From: Schmidtea polychroa
Taxonomy: Eukaryota
DNA length: 64,000 nt
Direction of reading: 5' to 3'
NCBI GenBank assembly: GCA_044892525.1
Contig: CM097885.1
Span: forward strand, 53,818,001 to 53,882,000
Shown here one piece after another: positions 26,168 through 38,820 of the stretch (position 1 is the stretch's first letter; the number at the start of each line of letters is the position of its first letter). Below the pieces are notes generated by a model. It had not been told where the DNA came from. It did not search any database and saw only the letters and a list, made by a program, of their open reading frames with translations. The position numbers were made by a program, and so were the translations under genes.

Positions 26168-29100
26168 TTAAGGAACTGCCCATCTCTTAAGCCATTCAAT
26201 TCGTCTGAGTTTCTTTGTCGTCCCGTCACTCATGAATATTTGATTAAATATTTAAATTCGTTTTGGAGAGAAGTGTGCTCCATGACTCATCGTTTTTTGT
26301 CATTTTTTTGCACTACCCCCCCCCCCCATGACTCAGCGCAAAACAAAGACATATGACTCATCGATGACTCATCCATAGCAACCGTGGTAACTGGATCAAA
26401 ATCATATGACTCACCCATAGCAACCGTGGTAACCATGGTAACTAGATCAAGGTCGCATGACTCATCCATAGCAACGGTGGTCCCCATGGCAACTAGGCCA
26501 AGGTCATTCTATTTTTAGCAACAAGGTCACATGACGTCATCGATGACTCATCAAGGTCATTCTATTTTAGTAAATAGGTCAAGGTCATTCTATTTTTAGT
26601 AACAAGGTCACATGACTCATCATTTTTAAACAAAGACGATGACTCATCATTAAAGTACATATGATTCATCACCGTTGATCCTGCCCGATGACTCATCATT
26701 TTTAAACAAAGAAGATGACTCATCAAGGTCATTCTATTTTTATTAACAAGGTCATATGACTCGTCATTTTTGGAACAAAGCCAACTGACTCATTATTAAA
26801 GTATGTATGACTCATCATTTTTTAAACAAAGACATTTAATCAAATATTTAAACGAATAAAAAGTGCGCTGCATGACTCATCGTTGAACAAAGACATATGA
26901 CTCATCGATGACTCATAACAAAGAACATGACTCATACCCCACCCCCACCCCCGGTGAGTCATAAATGACGTCATCGATGACTCATCATCCATATGACTCA
27001 TCCTGGTGACTCATCACACATGACTAATCCTGATGACTCATCACGCATGACTCATACTGGTGACTCATCCGGGTGACTCACCACACATGACTCATCCTAA
27101 TGAGTCATCGCGCATGACACATTAAGGGTGACTCATTTCAAATTTAAATTTTAAATTCAAATTTTAAAAGGGTCAAATGATGTCAAACTTCATGGGTATC
27201 ATTCGAAAGGTCTTGAAGAGCGCTATCTAATGGTCATACCCTTGTTTCCACCTGGTGTTCTGACAAAAACTTTGATATGACAAACGGACCTTCATACTGT
27301 AGTCCATCTTTGTCGCGATTTTGTGGTTCTTTCCGAACTAATACTTTCTCCCCCACCGTGAAACATCGATTCGTTCTCTTCTCTGTTTCCATCTCTTTCA
27401 TTCGTTTAGCTGCTTTCTCACTGTTCTCTCTTACCAATCTATGTATCTCAACTGTATCCAATGTCGTCTGAGGCAATGTTGAATGAAGGTTAATCTTCCT
27501 CCCAAAAACAATTTCAAATGGAGAAAATCCCGTCGCGCTCTGTTGTGTCACGTTGATACAAAATTCTACTCGAGGAAGTAACTCCGCCCAATTTCGCTCT
27601 CCTAGTCCACCTGCTAATGATGTCGCCAGCAAGTCTCTGACTGTCCGTATTGTTCTCTCAACTAAACCGTTAGATTGATGCTGATATGGTGAACTGAACT
27701 GTTGCGTAATACCCAGTCTTCCTAGATTTGTTTTCATAAAACCACTATCGAAGTTCTTCCCTCTGTCTGACAGACAATTTCGAGGTTTTCCGAAACGGTA
27801 TATCCACTTCTCCAATATGGCTTTGAAAATCGATCTCTCGTCTTGTCTCTCCAGTGCGGTCAGACTGACCATTTTGCTAAAACGATCAATGATAACTAGC
27901 ATATACTTGTACACTCCACCATTCTTCATGTGTGCTATATCAATGACCAACTGTTCTAAAAATTCTGAACTTATTATCGGCAACAATCGTTCCTTTGTCT
28001 TCTCCTGCACTATTTTCCTTCTGCAGCATATCTCACATACTCTCAAACAGTTTTGTATAGTTTCTTGCATGTTTGGCCAAAAAAATATGTTGCTCATATA
28101 GCTAATTAATTTCTTTACTCCAATGTGACACATTTCAGTATGTATTCCTTTAACTAACGTATTTGAGTAGTCTATCGGCACCAGGATGACATCTTTACCA
28201 TTCTTCTCTAATAATAAAAACCCATCTTCTAATTTTATGTTGTTATGCAAATTGAAAGAAATTTCTTTTTATTCAAGTCATCTTTTTTCTCTTCTCCCTG
28301 TAACACTCTTGTCATGTGAATGAAATCTACATCATCTTGTTGCTTTTCTAAGAGTTTAGTCATCGACTCAGTCTTCTGTAATGAGCTGATATGTCTTACT
28401 CTGGCTTTTTCTTCTTTTGCGTCTTCATGTCTAGTCTGGCATTGTGCACATAGCATCCCTTTAATCCTTGATATTCCGTCCGCATTTCCATGTTCCTCTC
28501 CTTTCCTATATTGAAGATCGAAATCATATCCGGAAAGGTTGGCTAGCCAGGTTTGAAATAGCGGGCTTATCGGTTTTTTTGTGTATCTCATGAAAACCAA
28601 CGCCTTGTGATCCGTTCGTACTACAAATGACTTTCCGTATAGATATTGTTTAAAATACATTACATATTCGTGTATAGCAAGTAACTCCTTCCTAGTCACA
28701 CAATAACCTTTTTCATGTGCGGTCAAGTGTCTCGACCCATATGCAATTACTACTTCAGTACCATCTTCTTTAGCTTGACATAAAACTGCTCCGATGGCCC
28801 CAAAACTAGCGTCTGTATCCAGAATAAAGTTTCTATCCATTCTTGGGTAATCTAGAATTGGAGCTTCACACAACTTTGTTTTAAGTAATTCAAAACTATT
28901 GTTGCAATCTTCTGACCAATTAATCTTTTTCTCACAGCCGGACGTAGCTGCATGTAGAGGTTCCGCAATTTTCGCATAGTCTTTTATAAACTTCCTATAG
29001 TAATTGGTCATACCTAAAAAGGATCTTAATTGTTTGGCGCATACTGGTATTTCTGCATCTTGAATCTCTTTAATCTTCTTGTCGTTCGTTTTTATCCCAC

Positions 29101-30259
29101 TTGCACTTACAGTGTGCCCTGGGAATGTCAATTCTTCTTTATAGAGATTACATTTTTCTGGGTTAATTCTCAACCCCGCTAGTTGAATTCTTCTGAATAC
29201 TTCCTCTAATCGGTTATTGTGTTCCTCTATGTCTTTTCCATAGACAAGAATGTCGTCGAGGTAGACAACAACACCCTTAAATAATATTCCATCCAACATT
29301 GAGTGCATCATTCTTTGAAACGTCGCAGGGGCTGTTGCTAGTCCAAAAGGAAGTCGGTTAAAACAAAACTGTCCTTGCCTTGTACTGAAAGCCGTGACCT
29401 CTTGAATTTCCTTCGCCATTCCAACTTGATAATATGCTTGACCTAGATCGATGGATGTGAAATATTTTGAATCTGCCAGACAATCCAGTAGAAATCGTGT
29501 ATCTGGCATTGGAAAAGATATCTTTTCAGTGATCGCATTCAACCCTCTATAGTCGACACACATCCTTATTGATCCATCTTTCTTAGCCACAATCACTAGT
29601 GGCGCGTTCCATGCACTTTTGCATTTTCTAATAACTGTCGCTTCTAATAAGTTTGTGACAAGTTCGTCAAGCTTTTGTTCTAAATGCATTGGTTGTCTTC
29701 TTGGCTGTAACATTACAGGCCCACCTACTATATTCATTTCATGCTGAACAACTTTCGTAAACCCGAGATCAAAAGTTGAAGCCATAAAAATACCTTTGAA
29801 CTTCCGTAGCAATATGTCTAACTGTTCATTCTTCCTGTCTCCAAGCATTAATAATGCTTTCTCTTCTCGTTGTGAGTCCACATATGTCCTCCCTACTTGT
29901 GACGCTTCAATATTGTCTACCTCTACCAGTTGAATACCAAATCTCTCCATTGTATCTACACCCCCAATGAAATCTGGACGTATATCTTTGACAACTATAA
30001 CATTAATAATTCTTTGTTTCCCATTCCAATCAGCTTCTATCGTCATTGCTCCTAACGGTCTTTCCATTCCCGTCGAAAATACTCCACAAAGAGAAATTGT
30101 GCTCTGCTTCAACCTCGGTTTCCCGATCTTTGTCCAACTTTTTTCACTCATAACTGATACTGACGCTCCAGAGTCCCAAAGCATGTCAATCGCCGTCATG
30201 TTTATTACAATCTTACTCCACTTTCTTCTGTCTGTCGTCTCATACATCTTCTGCATCAT
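26168..30259 (-). pseudogene. pol: Gypsy Pol, broken by a frameshift near 28240 and a ~1 kb insertion in the integrase tail
   Basis: LWDSGAS, YLDDIL, RNase H and IN (HTEMCH, CLSDRG, SNGLVER). Removing 26239-27244 restores HQVEIFMSDGTTKKLRRIEWLKRWAVP*. Confidence 0.9.
26239..27244. mobile_element. Non-autonomous ~1 kb insertion with a dense TGACTCA array (Helentron-associated/DINE-like by its ends)
   Basis: Clean insertion into a TTT run of the Gypsy integrase with no longer TSD, ending ...catacccttg|ttt. Non-coding, with about 28 TGA(C/G)TCA copies by my count. Confidence 0.75.
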
Positions 30260-30285
30260 GTCTTCATTTCGCTTCTTTCTACTGA

Positions 30286-31449
30286 TTATTGTGTCGACCC
30301 CACTGACGAAATGAAAGCAATGGGATCGTCCTTGTTTTTTGGTTTATCCATTGATTTTTTTATCGTTTCTTCGTAATTACTGTATAAATCTTCTGTAAAA
30401 TCACCATTATTTCTTTCGTGATCTTCTTCGTAAATACATGCCATTCTCTTCTGATATCCATTTCTATTTTTAAGCAAAAAACAATCTCTGAATCCATGAC
30501 CTTCTTTTCCACAGATTAGACATTTGTCTTTCATAGGACATTCAAAACGCCGGTGCCCTTTTTCTCCACAACAAAAACACTGACCTGGTGTCAGTTTCAC
30601 TGGATGAGGCGAATCTCTTCCTTTGCTGTCATTAAATAACCTTCTTGCAATATCTTTAAGCGATACTGTAGGTATTCTTCTCTCTGGTTCTCCTGTCTCA
30701 TATCGTCCTCTATACCGCTCATTTTCATTCTTGTCTTCATTTAGAATTGGTATAAACCGACCATTACCAGGTCTATTCCTCTCATGATTAATCTCTCGGT
30801 GTTCGTCGCGTTGATGTGCAGTTGTCTTCACAATTGTTCTTTGGTCTCGTCTACCCTCGAATTTACCATTTTTCATCACTGATGCGTAGGAGTCTCTTCT
30901 TATGGCATCAATATTGAATTTATTGTCATTCGTCATCTCGATCTTCTCCTGAATTTTTGCCATATCCCTGGCATCTTCAAAACTTGTCACTTTCCCTGAT
31001 AAGAATATTTCTTTTACTCTATCGTCTTTCGCTCTGTTTGAGATAATGTCTCGAACAATCTGTTCATCAGACATTCCAGAGCTAAATACACTTTTAACTA
31101 AACTTCTTACTCGTATTTCGAAGACTTGGAATCTTTCATCTCTCTCTTGCTGAATTTGAGCTAGTTCCACAATCTTGTTAGTAATGGTTTTTCTTACTGT
31201 AAAAGTTTCTATAAACCACTCTTTTGCCATTTCATCGGTCATCTTCGCTATTTTCGCCGCTTCCCATAACATCGATGCCGCATCTGTCAACAAAAGATCC
31301 AATGCGTCTACTAGACTTTGATCTTCTATTCTCAGCCATTCCATAATATCCTTTAGCCAAAGTTCGGCTTCAGATCCAATTTTTCCGTCAAACTTTCTGA
31401 CATTAAAATTTAGCATCTCACGTGCTTGTTTTGACAAGGAATCTAACAT
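30286..31449 (-). CDS. gag: Gypsy Gag with two CCHC zinc knuckles
   Basis: CFCCGEKGHRRFEC and CLICGKEGHGFRDC; paralogous to 24021-25175. Confidence 0.88.
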   Translation of the reverse strand: MLDSLSKQAREMLNFNVRKFDGKIGSEAELWLKDIMEWLRIEDQSLVDALDLLLTDAASMLWEAAKIAKMTDEMAKEWFIETFTVRKTITNKIVELAQIQQERDERFQVFEIRVRSLVKSVFSSGMSDEQIVRDIISNRAKDDRVKEIFLSGKVTSFEDARDMAKIQEKIEMTNDNKFNIDAIRRDSYASVMKNGKFEGRRDQRTIVKTTAHQRDEHREINHERNRPGNGRFIPILNEDKNENERYRGRYETGEPERRIPTVSLKDIARRLFNDSKGRDSPHPVKLTPGQCFCCGEKGHRRFECPMKDKCLICGKEGHGFRDCFLLKNRNGYQKRMACIYEEDHERNNGDFTEDLYSNYEETIKKSMDKPKNKDDPIAFISSVGSTQ

Positions 31450-33456
31450 ATTCTTAGTTCCTTTCTTTTTTTCCTATCGCATTGATTTCCTTGGCGTGGT
31501 CGCCAGTTATGATGTCCTCAACTTCTAAATTCATAAAATAAATCAATAATAATTCAATAAAATATATTTTTCAAAAACACGCTAAAACGAATATTATTCA
31601 AACAAAACTTTACATAACTATATGAAACCATCCAAACTTAAAAAAACATCTACAAGCAGTCCATCCAAACAACGTTAATGACACAGAATCTTTATTCAAA
31701 ATTAAGAGAGACCGATTTGAAACAAGCACAAAGCTCACCAATCACGGATTTGTTCCCGAGATAAAACCAGCTTTAGAAGCAAGTTATCGTGTGGCATTGA
31801 GGATTGCGAAAGATAAAAAACCTCATACAATCGCGGAAACTTTGATTAAACCATGTGCGATGGAAATGGCCGAGATTATGTGTGGTAAGGACGCAAAACT
31901 TAAAATATCACAAATACCACTATCAAACAACACAATTCACGATCGAATTAAAGATATGTCAGAAGATGTCTTAAAGCAGATTGTAGAACAAATAAAAGAA
32001 AGTTCAACAAAAATTGGATTGCAATTGGATGAATCCACTGATGTTTCTAACTGTGCTCAACTTCTTGTTTTTGTTAAATATGTGTATAGAAACGAAATCA
32101 AAGAGGATTTTCTTTTTTGTGAACCTCTGACAGAAACTACAAAGGCTGTGGATATTATGTCATTTATGAATAATTTTTTTGTTGCCAATGGGCTTTCTTG
32201 GAACAATGTGGGATCTATTTGTACTGATGGTGCTCCAGCTATGCTCGGGAAAAAATCTGGATTTACTGCTCTTGTGAAACAGATAAACCCAAATGTTTTT
32301 GTAGTCATTGCATTCTTCATCGTCATGCTTTGGCATCAAAGACTCTTCCTTCTTATTTCAAAGAGGTATTGGATATTGTCGTGAAAACCGTAAATTTTAT
32401 CAAATCAAAGGCATTGAATCACCGCCTATTTAAAGTGTTATGCGAAGAAATTGTGTGCGAACATACCGTACTTCTTTTACATACAGAAGTACGTTGGCTA
32501 TCCAGGGGAAAAGTTCTTAGCCGGGTATTTGAACTTAGATATTAAATTGAGACATTTTTACGTGACAAAGAATCGACTCTTTCGCTTCACTTCACAGATA
32601 CCAGCTTTGTGCTCTCTTTAGCTTACCTTGCAGATATATTTAGCCATCTAAACTCCTTAAATATATCACTCCAAGGTAGAGGTATGAATGTATTAGATGC
32701 CGAGGAGAAAGTTACATCGTTTCAAGAAAAGCTGGCACTCTATAGCAGAAGAGTTGAAAGTGAAAATTACGCCAATTTTTCGCTTTTTGATGAAATAGTT
32801 TCCTTGCAAGTTAAACGTGAAATTGATATCATGGTTCTGGACTGTATTAAAATACATTTGGAAAATCTTCAAGTTACTTTCGATGGCATTATTCCTCGCA
32901 CATTTGTTGTTGATAACTGGATAAGAAACCCTTTCACCATTTCATTGGATCAAATTAGTGGTGCTGATGACGCAAAAGATGAACTCATTGAACTGCGGAA
33001 TAACAAAAAAATAAGCAGTGACTTTGAAACAATGGCGTTGGATGTATTCTGGTGTAAGCAAAGCGAGGCATATCCTGTTTTAGTCAACCGGGCGTTGAAG
33101 GCTCTTATTCCGTTTGTTACTACTTACCTTTGCGAATCTGGATTTTCAGTGCTTGTGTCAATAAAAACAAAATTAAGGAACAAACTAAATGCTGAACATG
33201 ACATGCGTTTGGCTCTTTCACACACCCTACCACGAATACAACATTTGGTTGACGGTAAGCAGCAACAACGTTCCCACTAAATTTAATTTTTTTTGTAATT
33301 TTTAATTAATTGCTTCTAAATATAAAGTGAATAAATGTTTTTTCTTTATATAATATTGTTTTTTGCTGTATATAAATAACAATAAAAGTAAGAGGTACGT
33401 AAGATTCCAAATTGTTACCAAAGGGTACGATTACCCCAAAAGGTTGGGAACCATTG

Positions 33457-34994
33457 GTCTACATATTGTTGATTTTAAGATTTCACCCAGACATGGTCCA
33501 TGAAAAATATATGAGACTCATGAATCAGTATGAGTTATCGTGTATATATACCCTTTCCTATTTTGATTGATGGTTTATTGCGCAAACATTAAATGGTACT
33601 TGAGTTATAAAATAAATATGTTAATTGAATAATTGTTTCCTTAGTAGTGATTGACAATTATTATGTAATTACGCAATTTGAGTAAAATTGGCTGACTTGA
33701 ACACCGATTATTCCATTATGAGGTTAAAGAATGCGACACTGCCAATGATTTTCGTAAAAGTGTAGTTACCCTTAAATGTGAAAATGACCTCCCACTTATT
33801 ATTTAGCCTAAAGAATTCAGAGAAGCTCGTCAATTAAATAAAAATGTTTAGTTCGATTGTAATTTTGGTCGACTATTACGAAAATATAAAAATTTAGAGG
33901 AGTATGAGTTTTGATGATAATTAGGCTACTTGTGAAGGGCTGTCATAAATTAGAAGCTATCAATGAAATGAATGTAAATGTTGCTGGTGAAATGCTGATT
34001 AAGGCTACAGAGAAATGAGTCATTTAATGTTCTAAAGAAGACAATGAAAGTCACCAATAACATTCCAGTCGAACATTTTATTAATTTGAAAAAGCTACAA
34101 AACAATTAAGTTTTTTATTGACAGCTTGTGATTGCTTTTGTTAATAGTTGAACACAGTTAATAATTCATTAATAAAATTCAGATTCTTTTGTTATTCAAT
34201 CAATAATCAATAACTAATTACTCTATATCAGTGGTTCTCAAACTTTTTTGATCACGACCCAAATTTTTGATATTTCATGCCAAAAATTTTATTGCGACCC
34301 ACATGACAAAGATTAATTTTAAAATAAATGTTTATTTAATGAGAATAACTCTATTTAACTCTAGTTATTCTAGTCATCGCGACCCACCAAAAATTCTTTC
34401 GCGACCCATAGTTTGAGAAACACTGCTCTATATAGAAAATTATTACGGTCCTTAAAAATTCGCAATCTAGAAGTTTGTATAAGTGATAATGGATTGACGC
34501 TTTTTAATATTTAAATCACTGCCACGTTAATAATATATTAAAAATGTAAACTATTAATATTTGTTACATTTTTAGGTGACCCCGACTTTTTTTGACAACC
34601 CCCCATAAATTTTTAAAATTTTGTTTTAATCAGTGATTATATAATATTTAAATGTTGCTTTAATCGATTATTATACAATATTTTCAATTTTATTTTAATC
34701 ATTGATTATGTAACATTTTGATTTTTAACTATCAATTTTGTAATATTTTAAAAATATTAAAATTGTTGATTACATCATCAATTTTAAATTTTTATTAGAA
34801 TTTCAAAAACTCTTGCTTGAAATTAAATTCTTTTAATCAAAATTTTGAAATTTCGTTTTCAGTACACCATTTTTGAATTTACACATCTTTTTAAACAACT
34901 AGATATATTTTAACTAAAATAATTTATAGATAATATTTAAATTTCTACAAAATGACAACATTATTTATTTCAAATTTACACTCATAACACCTTA
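33457..34994 (+). repeat. Dispersed duplicated non-coding segment, copy 2
   Basis: Colinear with 6507-9298 but shorter by internal deletions. Confidence 0.85.
34229..34425. mobile_element. hAT-family MITE (197 bp)
   Basis: TIRs cagtggttctcaaac / gtttgagaaacactg and 8-bp TSD ctctatat. The empty site is present in copy 1 at ~8079. Confidence 0.92.
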
Positions 34995-35506
34995 AATAGC
35001 GCCTTTTTAGCCAATTTTTACATACACACATTTCCAACATTAAAAAATACAAATTATTCAGCTATATATATGTTCTGAAAACCCATTCTGCTATTAAAAC
35101 CATATTAAAAAAAATATTAAAAACTAAACATTTATTAAAATCCCAGTGAAACTCGAGCGCTATCTACTCTCTAAATTGATGATATGAATCAATGAAGAAC
35201 AGGATCAGACGAAATGATGAGAAATACGGTTCTGATGCAATTCGAACACCTCTAGGATGCGATAGTGGATGCCCAAGAATGAATTGGGAAGGACCTCAAT
35301 AATTGACTTGGAACCCGTTGCACGACATGTAAACGGATGTCTTGTCGATGCGAAGAGAAGCGCCAATGTCGGTGCGTAAATCTGCGGTGATGGTGACTTC
35401 ACGTATTTCTGATTAAAACGCGCCAAGACAAAATTTTCTAAGTATTTTACGTTAATCTACTTATTTACTTCTTATGCTTTTGTACATGGTTAAATTTGTA
35501 TTAAAT

Positions 35507-35593
35507 CAGGAGTGTCAAACTCAGTTGATACAGAGGGTCACGTTGACTTTATGTGCACATCCTGTATATTATAATTTTCTGATGCACACACAC

Positions 35594-35639
<46 letters not shown>

Positions 35640-36450
35640 TATTTCATTACTGCTTGGTACTTTTGCCTCCAGACACTTGGCACCTCCTGCTATTAACAAG
35701 TTCATCAAAGTTTACATAAATGACTGTGCTGTAGCAACCTTCACTATTGAATTAAGGTGTTCGTTAGAAAGTTTCGAAGGAAGCCTAGTTTTGTTTAAGT
35801 TGATTACAGAAAAATGCTGTTTACATACATATGTACTTCCGAACATGGCCATTATCATTGAAGCTAAACATTTAATCATAGAATAATTTGGTCCAAAATA
35901 TTGATAACATGTCCAAATATCAACATCGAAAAATTTGTTCTTCAAAACATAATCGCACTGGAGCTCAATTAATTCTAGCTGAAGTAGATCTGTTGTCTCA
36001 TTAACATTAACGGAGAATAGATTCTGAAAAATGGCAATGTCCTTTTCAAGGTATTTAAAGTAGGCAAATCCTTCTTGGAACTCATTCTTCAAGTTGGAAA
36101 TATTGATGCAGTACGTTTCTGTGTTGATTTCAGCTGGAAATTTAGTTGTGCCTTTCAAGGACTTCAAGGTGGGAAAGTGTGCAAGATTACTCTCTTTTAG
36201 CTGCCTTTAAAAAACATGTAATTTCATCTCAAAGGTACAAATAGTCATAAAGCTCTGTTACCAATTTATTGTGCCCTTGGATTTTTGTATTCAGAATATT
36301 TAAGCGTCCGTAATATCCACCATTAAAGCAAGATCTTGAATCTATTTATCATCTTAAAGTTCGTACACTTCATTTTCTTCCAGTTCCATGAACATTTGTA
36401 TTTATCTGCGCAGTTCATAAAATTGCTTCAGTACAACTCCTCGACTTAAT
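35507..36450 (-). mobile_element. hAT (GTF2IRD2/SPIN-like) 3' fragment
   Basis: caggagtgtcaaactc terminus at 35507. LQLELIELQCD and MFGSTYVC.Q.FS dimerization-domain motifs in ORF 35712-36167. Confidence 0.82.
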
Positions 36451-36799
36451 CAGGCGAAAATAGTATCTCCCACCGTTACCGTTGTACCGGTCGAAATCGT
36501 GCCAGTCACAACATCTCAGCCCTCTCTCGACCCTGCCCTAGAATGCTACATAAATGCAATGTTGGCAGAAGGGAGATGTAACCGCCAATAATCCGACCAA
36601 AGCATTTCTCTATAACCCCCCCCCCCCCCCCCCAGAAAGACAAATCCTTTTATAATATCTTGAGGAACTAATCATGATTTTCTATGTTTGTGCAAATTTG
36701 TGAAGTGTTCTAATTTTGTTGTTTTGTTTGATGCATGCAGTACCGAATCAAATATAATGTCATTAAACGCCTAAATTTGCCTCGTTATTTGTTGAATTA

Positions 36800-37270
36800 T
36801 TGATTTATTGCTTTAAAGACAACCTAGTAGATTCAGTACAACCTAGTAGCAAAATTGAAAGACCTCATTTGAACCAGAGGCAAATTGCTGAATGATGTAA
36901 GTCCTTCTATGGCATTCCAGCTATACTAGCGATCCTGGCCTTCATTTTAATTCCTTCAACAAGGACAGTTCTGCAGAGAGTATGCTGATTTATATCGTAT
37001 GGCTAGGTAGACCATTGGTTTACAGACCAACTGTACAACGAAAACGACTTTAATAACTTGGCTGAAATACTGAATATATACAAAAAGGCTTTAAGCTCTT
37101 TGAAAAATCACTGGAATCGAGAGCCATCCTTACTACAGATACCCAGAAGTAATCAATGCGCAGAGCGCGCAATCAAAGTGATGGAGGAAATTTATTCATC
37201 ATGCAAAAATAAAGACAAATTGCACCTTTGATTCCTTCTGTGCAACAAGCAAAAGCAAGGTCAACGGTCT
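36800..37270 (+). mobile_element. Decayed DNA-transposase C-terminal remnant (hATm-like)
   Basis: IPRSNQCAERAIKVMEE motif at ~37139-37190 in broken frames. Confidence 0.4.
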
Positions 37271-37495
37271 GAGTCATTGTTGGATTGAAAATTTATTGTA
37301 TTACATCACTATGACATTCTAAATACATTTGAATACATAGTAGTACTTGTGTCAAAATCGATTTTTCAATAGCGGGGTGAACGTTTTTGAAAAGATATGC
37401 AAATAAGAGTTCATTTCGTGCTTTTTAGGTAAAAGTTCATCAAACTACAGTACAGGAGCATGGGGTTGATAAAAAGTCATAACCCTAATGTACAT

Positions 37496-37963
<468 letters not shown>

Positions 37964-38322
37964 ATGTACATATACTTTTTTAATATTTAATTCAAATTTT
38001 GAATTATTTAATGTTAAAAATTCTTACACTTTAAATTATTAATAAATATAAAATTGCATGTATTTATCAGTAAAATTAGGAAAGTTATAAAAAAGAAAAA
38101 TCTAATCAGAAAAACATTAGTGCTTATGTCAATATGTAATACAATTAATTAAAAAATATCGATTAATTAGTAATTACATAATTAATCATGCCAAATTCAT
38201 ATTAGTCCGCTTATCGATTGAAATAATTCATTGTAAAAAGTTACACTTTAATAGCATAACAATAAAAAAGCATTAACAATAAATATCACTACAAATTTAT
38301 ATTAATGTATCAAAAGTAAATA

Positions 38323-38820
38323 TTACAAAACTGGTGGCTGGTATCTATATTTGATGAATGGCATTGAAGCATAATACGAGTTGTCAACTGACACATGAGC
38401 AGTGATAGTTTCTCTATGAATTTTCTCTCGATACCATTTTTCAAGGCACATCATTGTTGCTGGTTGAAAGTCCTCGTAAAATTTATGAGCAAACAAGTGT
38501 GGAGCCCTTACTAATTTTGGTAAATCTCCAACTCCCATAATACATATATTTTCCACAAAATATCGGCTTTTACATAATTTATAATCGCCCAAAATTTTAA
38601 ATCTGGTCAGATACGATGGGTCCTTATCATCGGGATCTCCGATATAGGAACCGGGAATTCTCAAATTAACATTATAATTGAGAGTTGAAAAGAATTGATC
38701 TTCGGGAAATGAACTTCCTTGTAAAGCCTTAAGAATGATCCTAGATTTCGGGGATTCAAATATAAATTTCACAAAATCCCGATTGACTGTAATGTGTACA
38801 GCTCCTTTATACCAAACTAT
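38323..38820 (-). CDS. GCNT: GCNT-like paralog C, exon 2
   Basis: Acceptor ttcag|ATA GTT TGG TAT AAA GGA (IVWYKGAVH), FPEDQFFSTL, ICIMGVGDL, HLFAHKF; TAA at 38323-38325. Confidence 0.88.
   Translation of the reverse strand: MVWYKGAVHITVNRDFVKFIFESPKSRIILKALQGSSFPEDQFFSTLNYNVNLRIPGSYIGDPDDKDPSYLTRFKILGDYKLCKSRYFVENICIMGVGDLPKLVRAPHLFAHKFYEDFQPATMMCLEKWYREKIHRETITAHVSVDNSYYASMPFIKYRYQPPVL

Larger units (their letters stand above)
26043..31619 (-). mobile_element. Full-length Ty3/Gypsy element with 115-bp LTRs (AGTTA...TAACT), nested in the hAT transposase
   Basis: LTRs 26043-26157 and 31505-31619 (1 mismatch seen), 5-bp TSD atatg (26038-26042, 31620-31624), PBS TGGCGACCACG, PPT gaaggggag. Confidence 0.95.
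25383..33456 (+). mobile_element. hAT Buster/ZBED8-like transposon interrupted by a Gypsy element
   Basis: Left ends cacgggttcc at 25383 and 25421; right end ggttgggaaccattg at 33456. Transposase starts ATG 25917 (MSKKRCYQDSYIQFGF...PQCILC...NGY|MKPSKL), resumes at 31625 and ends QQQRSH* at 33280, with QLDESTD, TDGAPAM, VRWLSRG and TTYLCESGFS motifs and frameshifts. Confidence 0.92.

Noticed and set aside
26280..27140. CRISPR-like array suggested by recurring ATGACTCAT units
   Set aside because: The repeats are 7-9 bp, irregularly spaced and in both orientations, with no unique fixed-length spacers and no cas genes. The context is eukaryotic.
35145..35426. Possible Helitron 3' end and GC-richer ORF 35205-35426
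   Set aside because: The hairpin and CTRR terminus are too degenerate and the peptide has no recognisable family.
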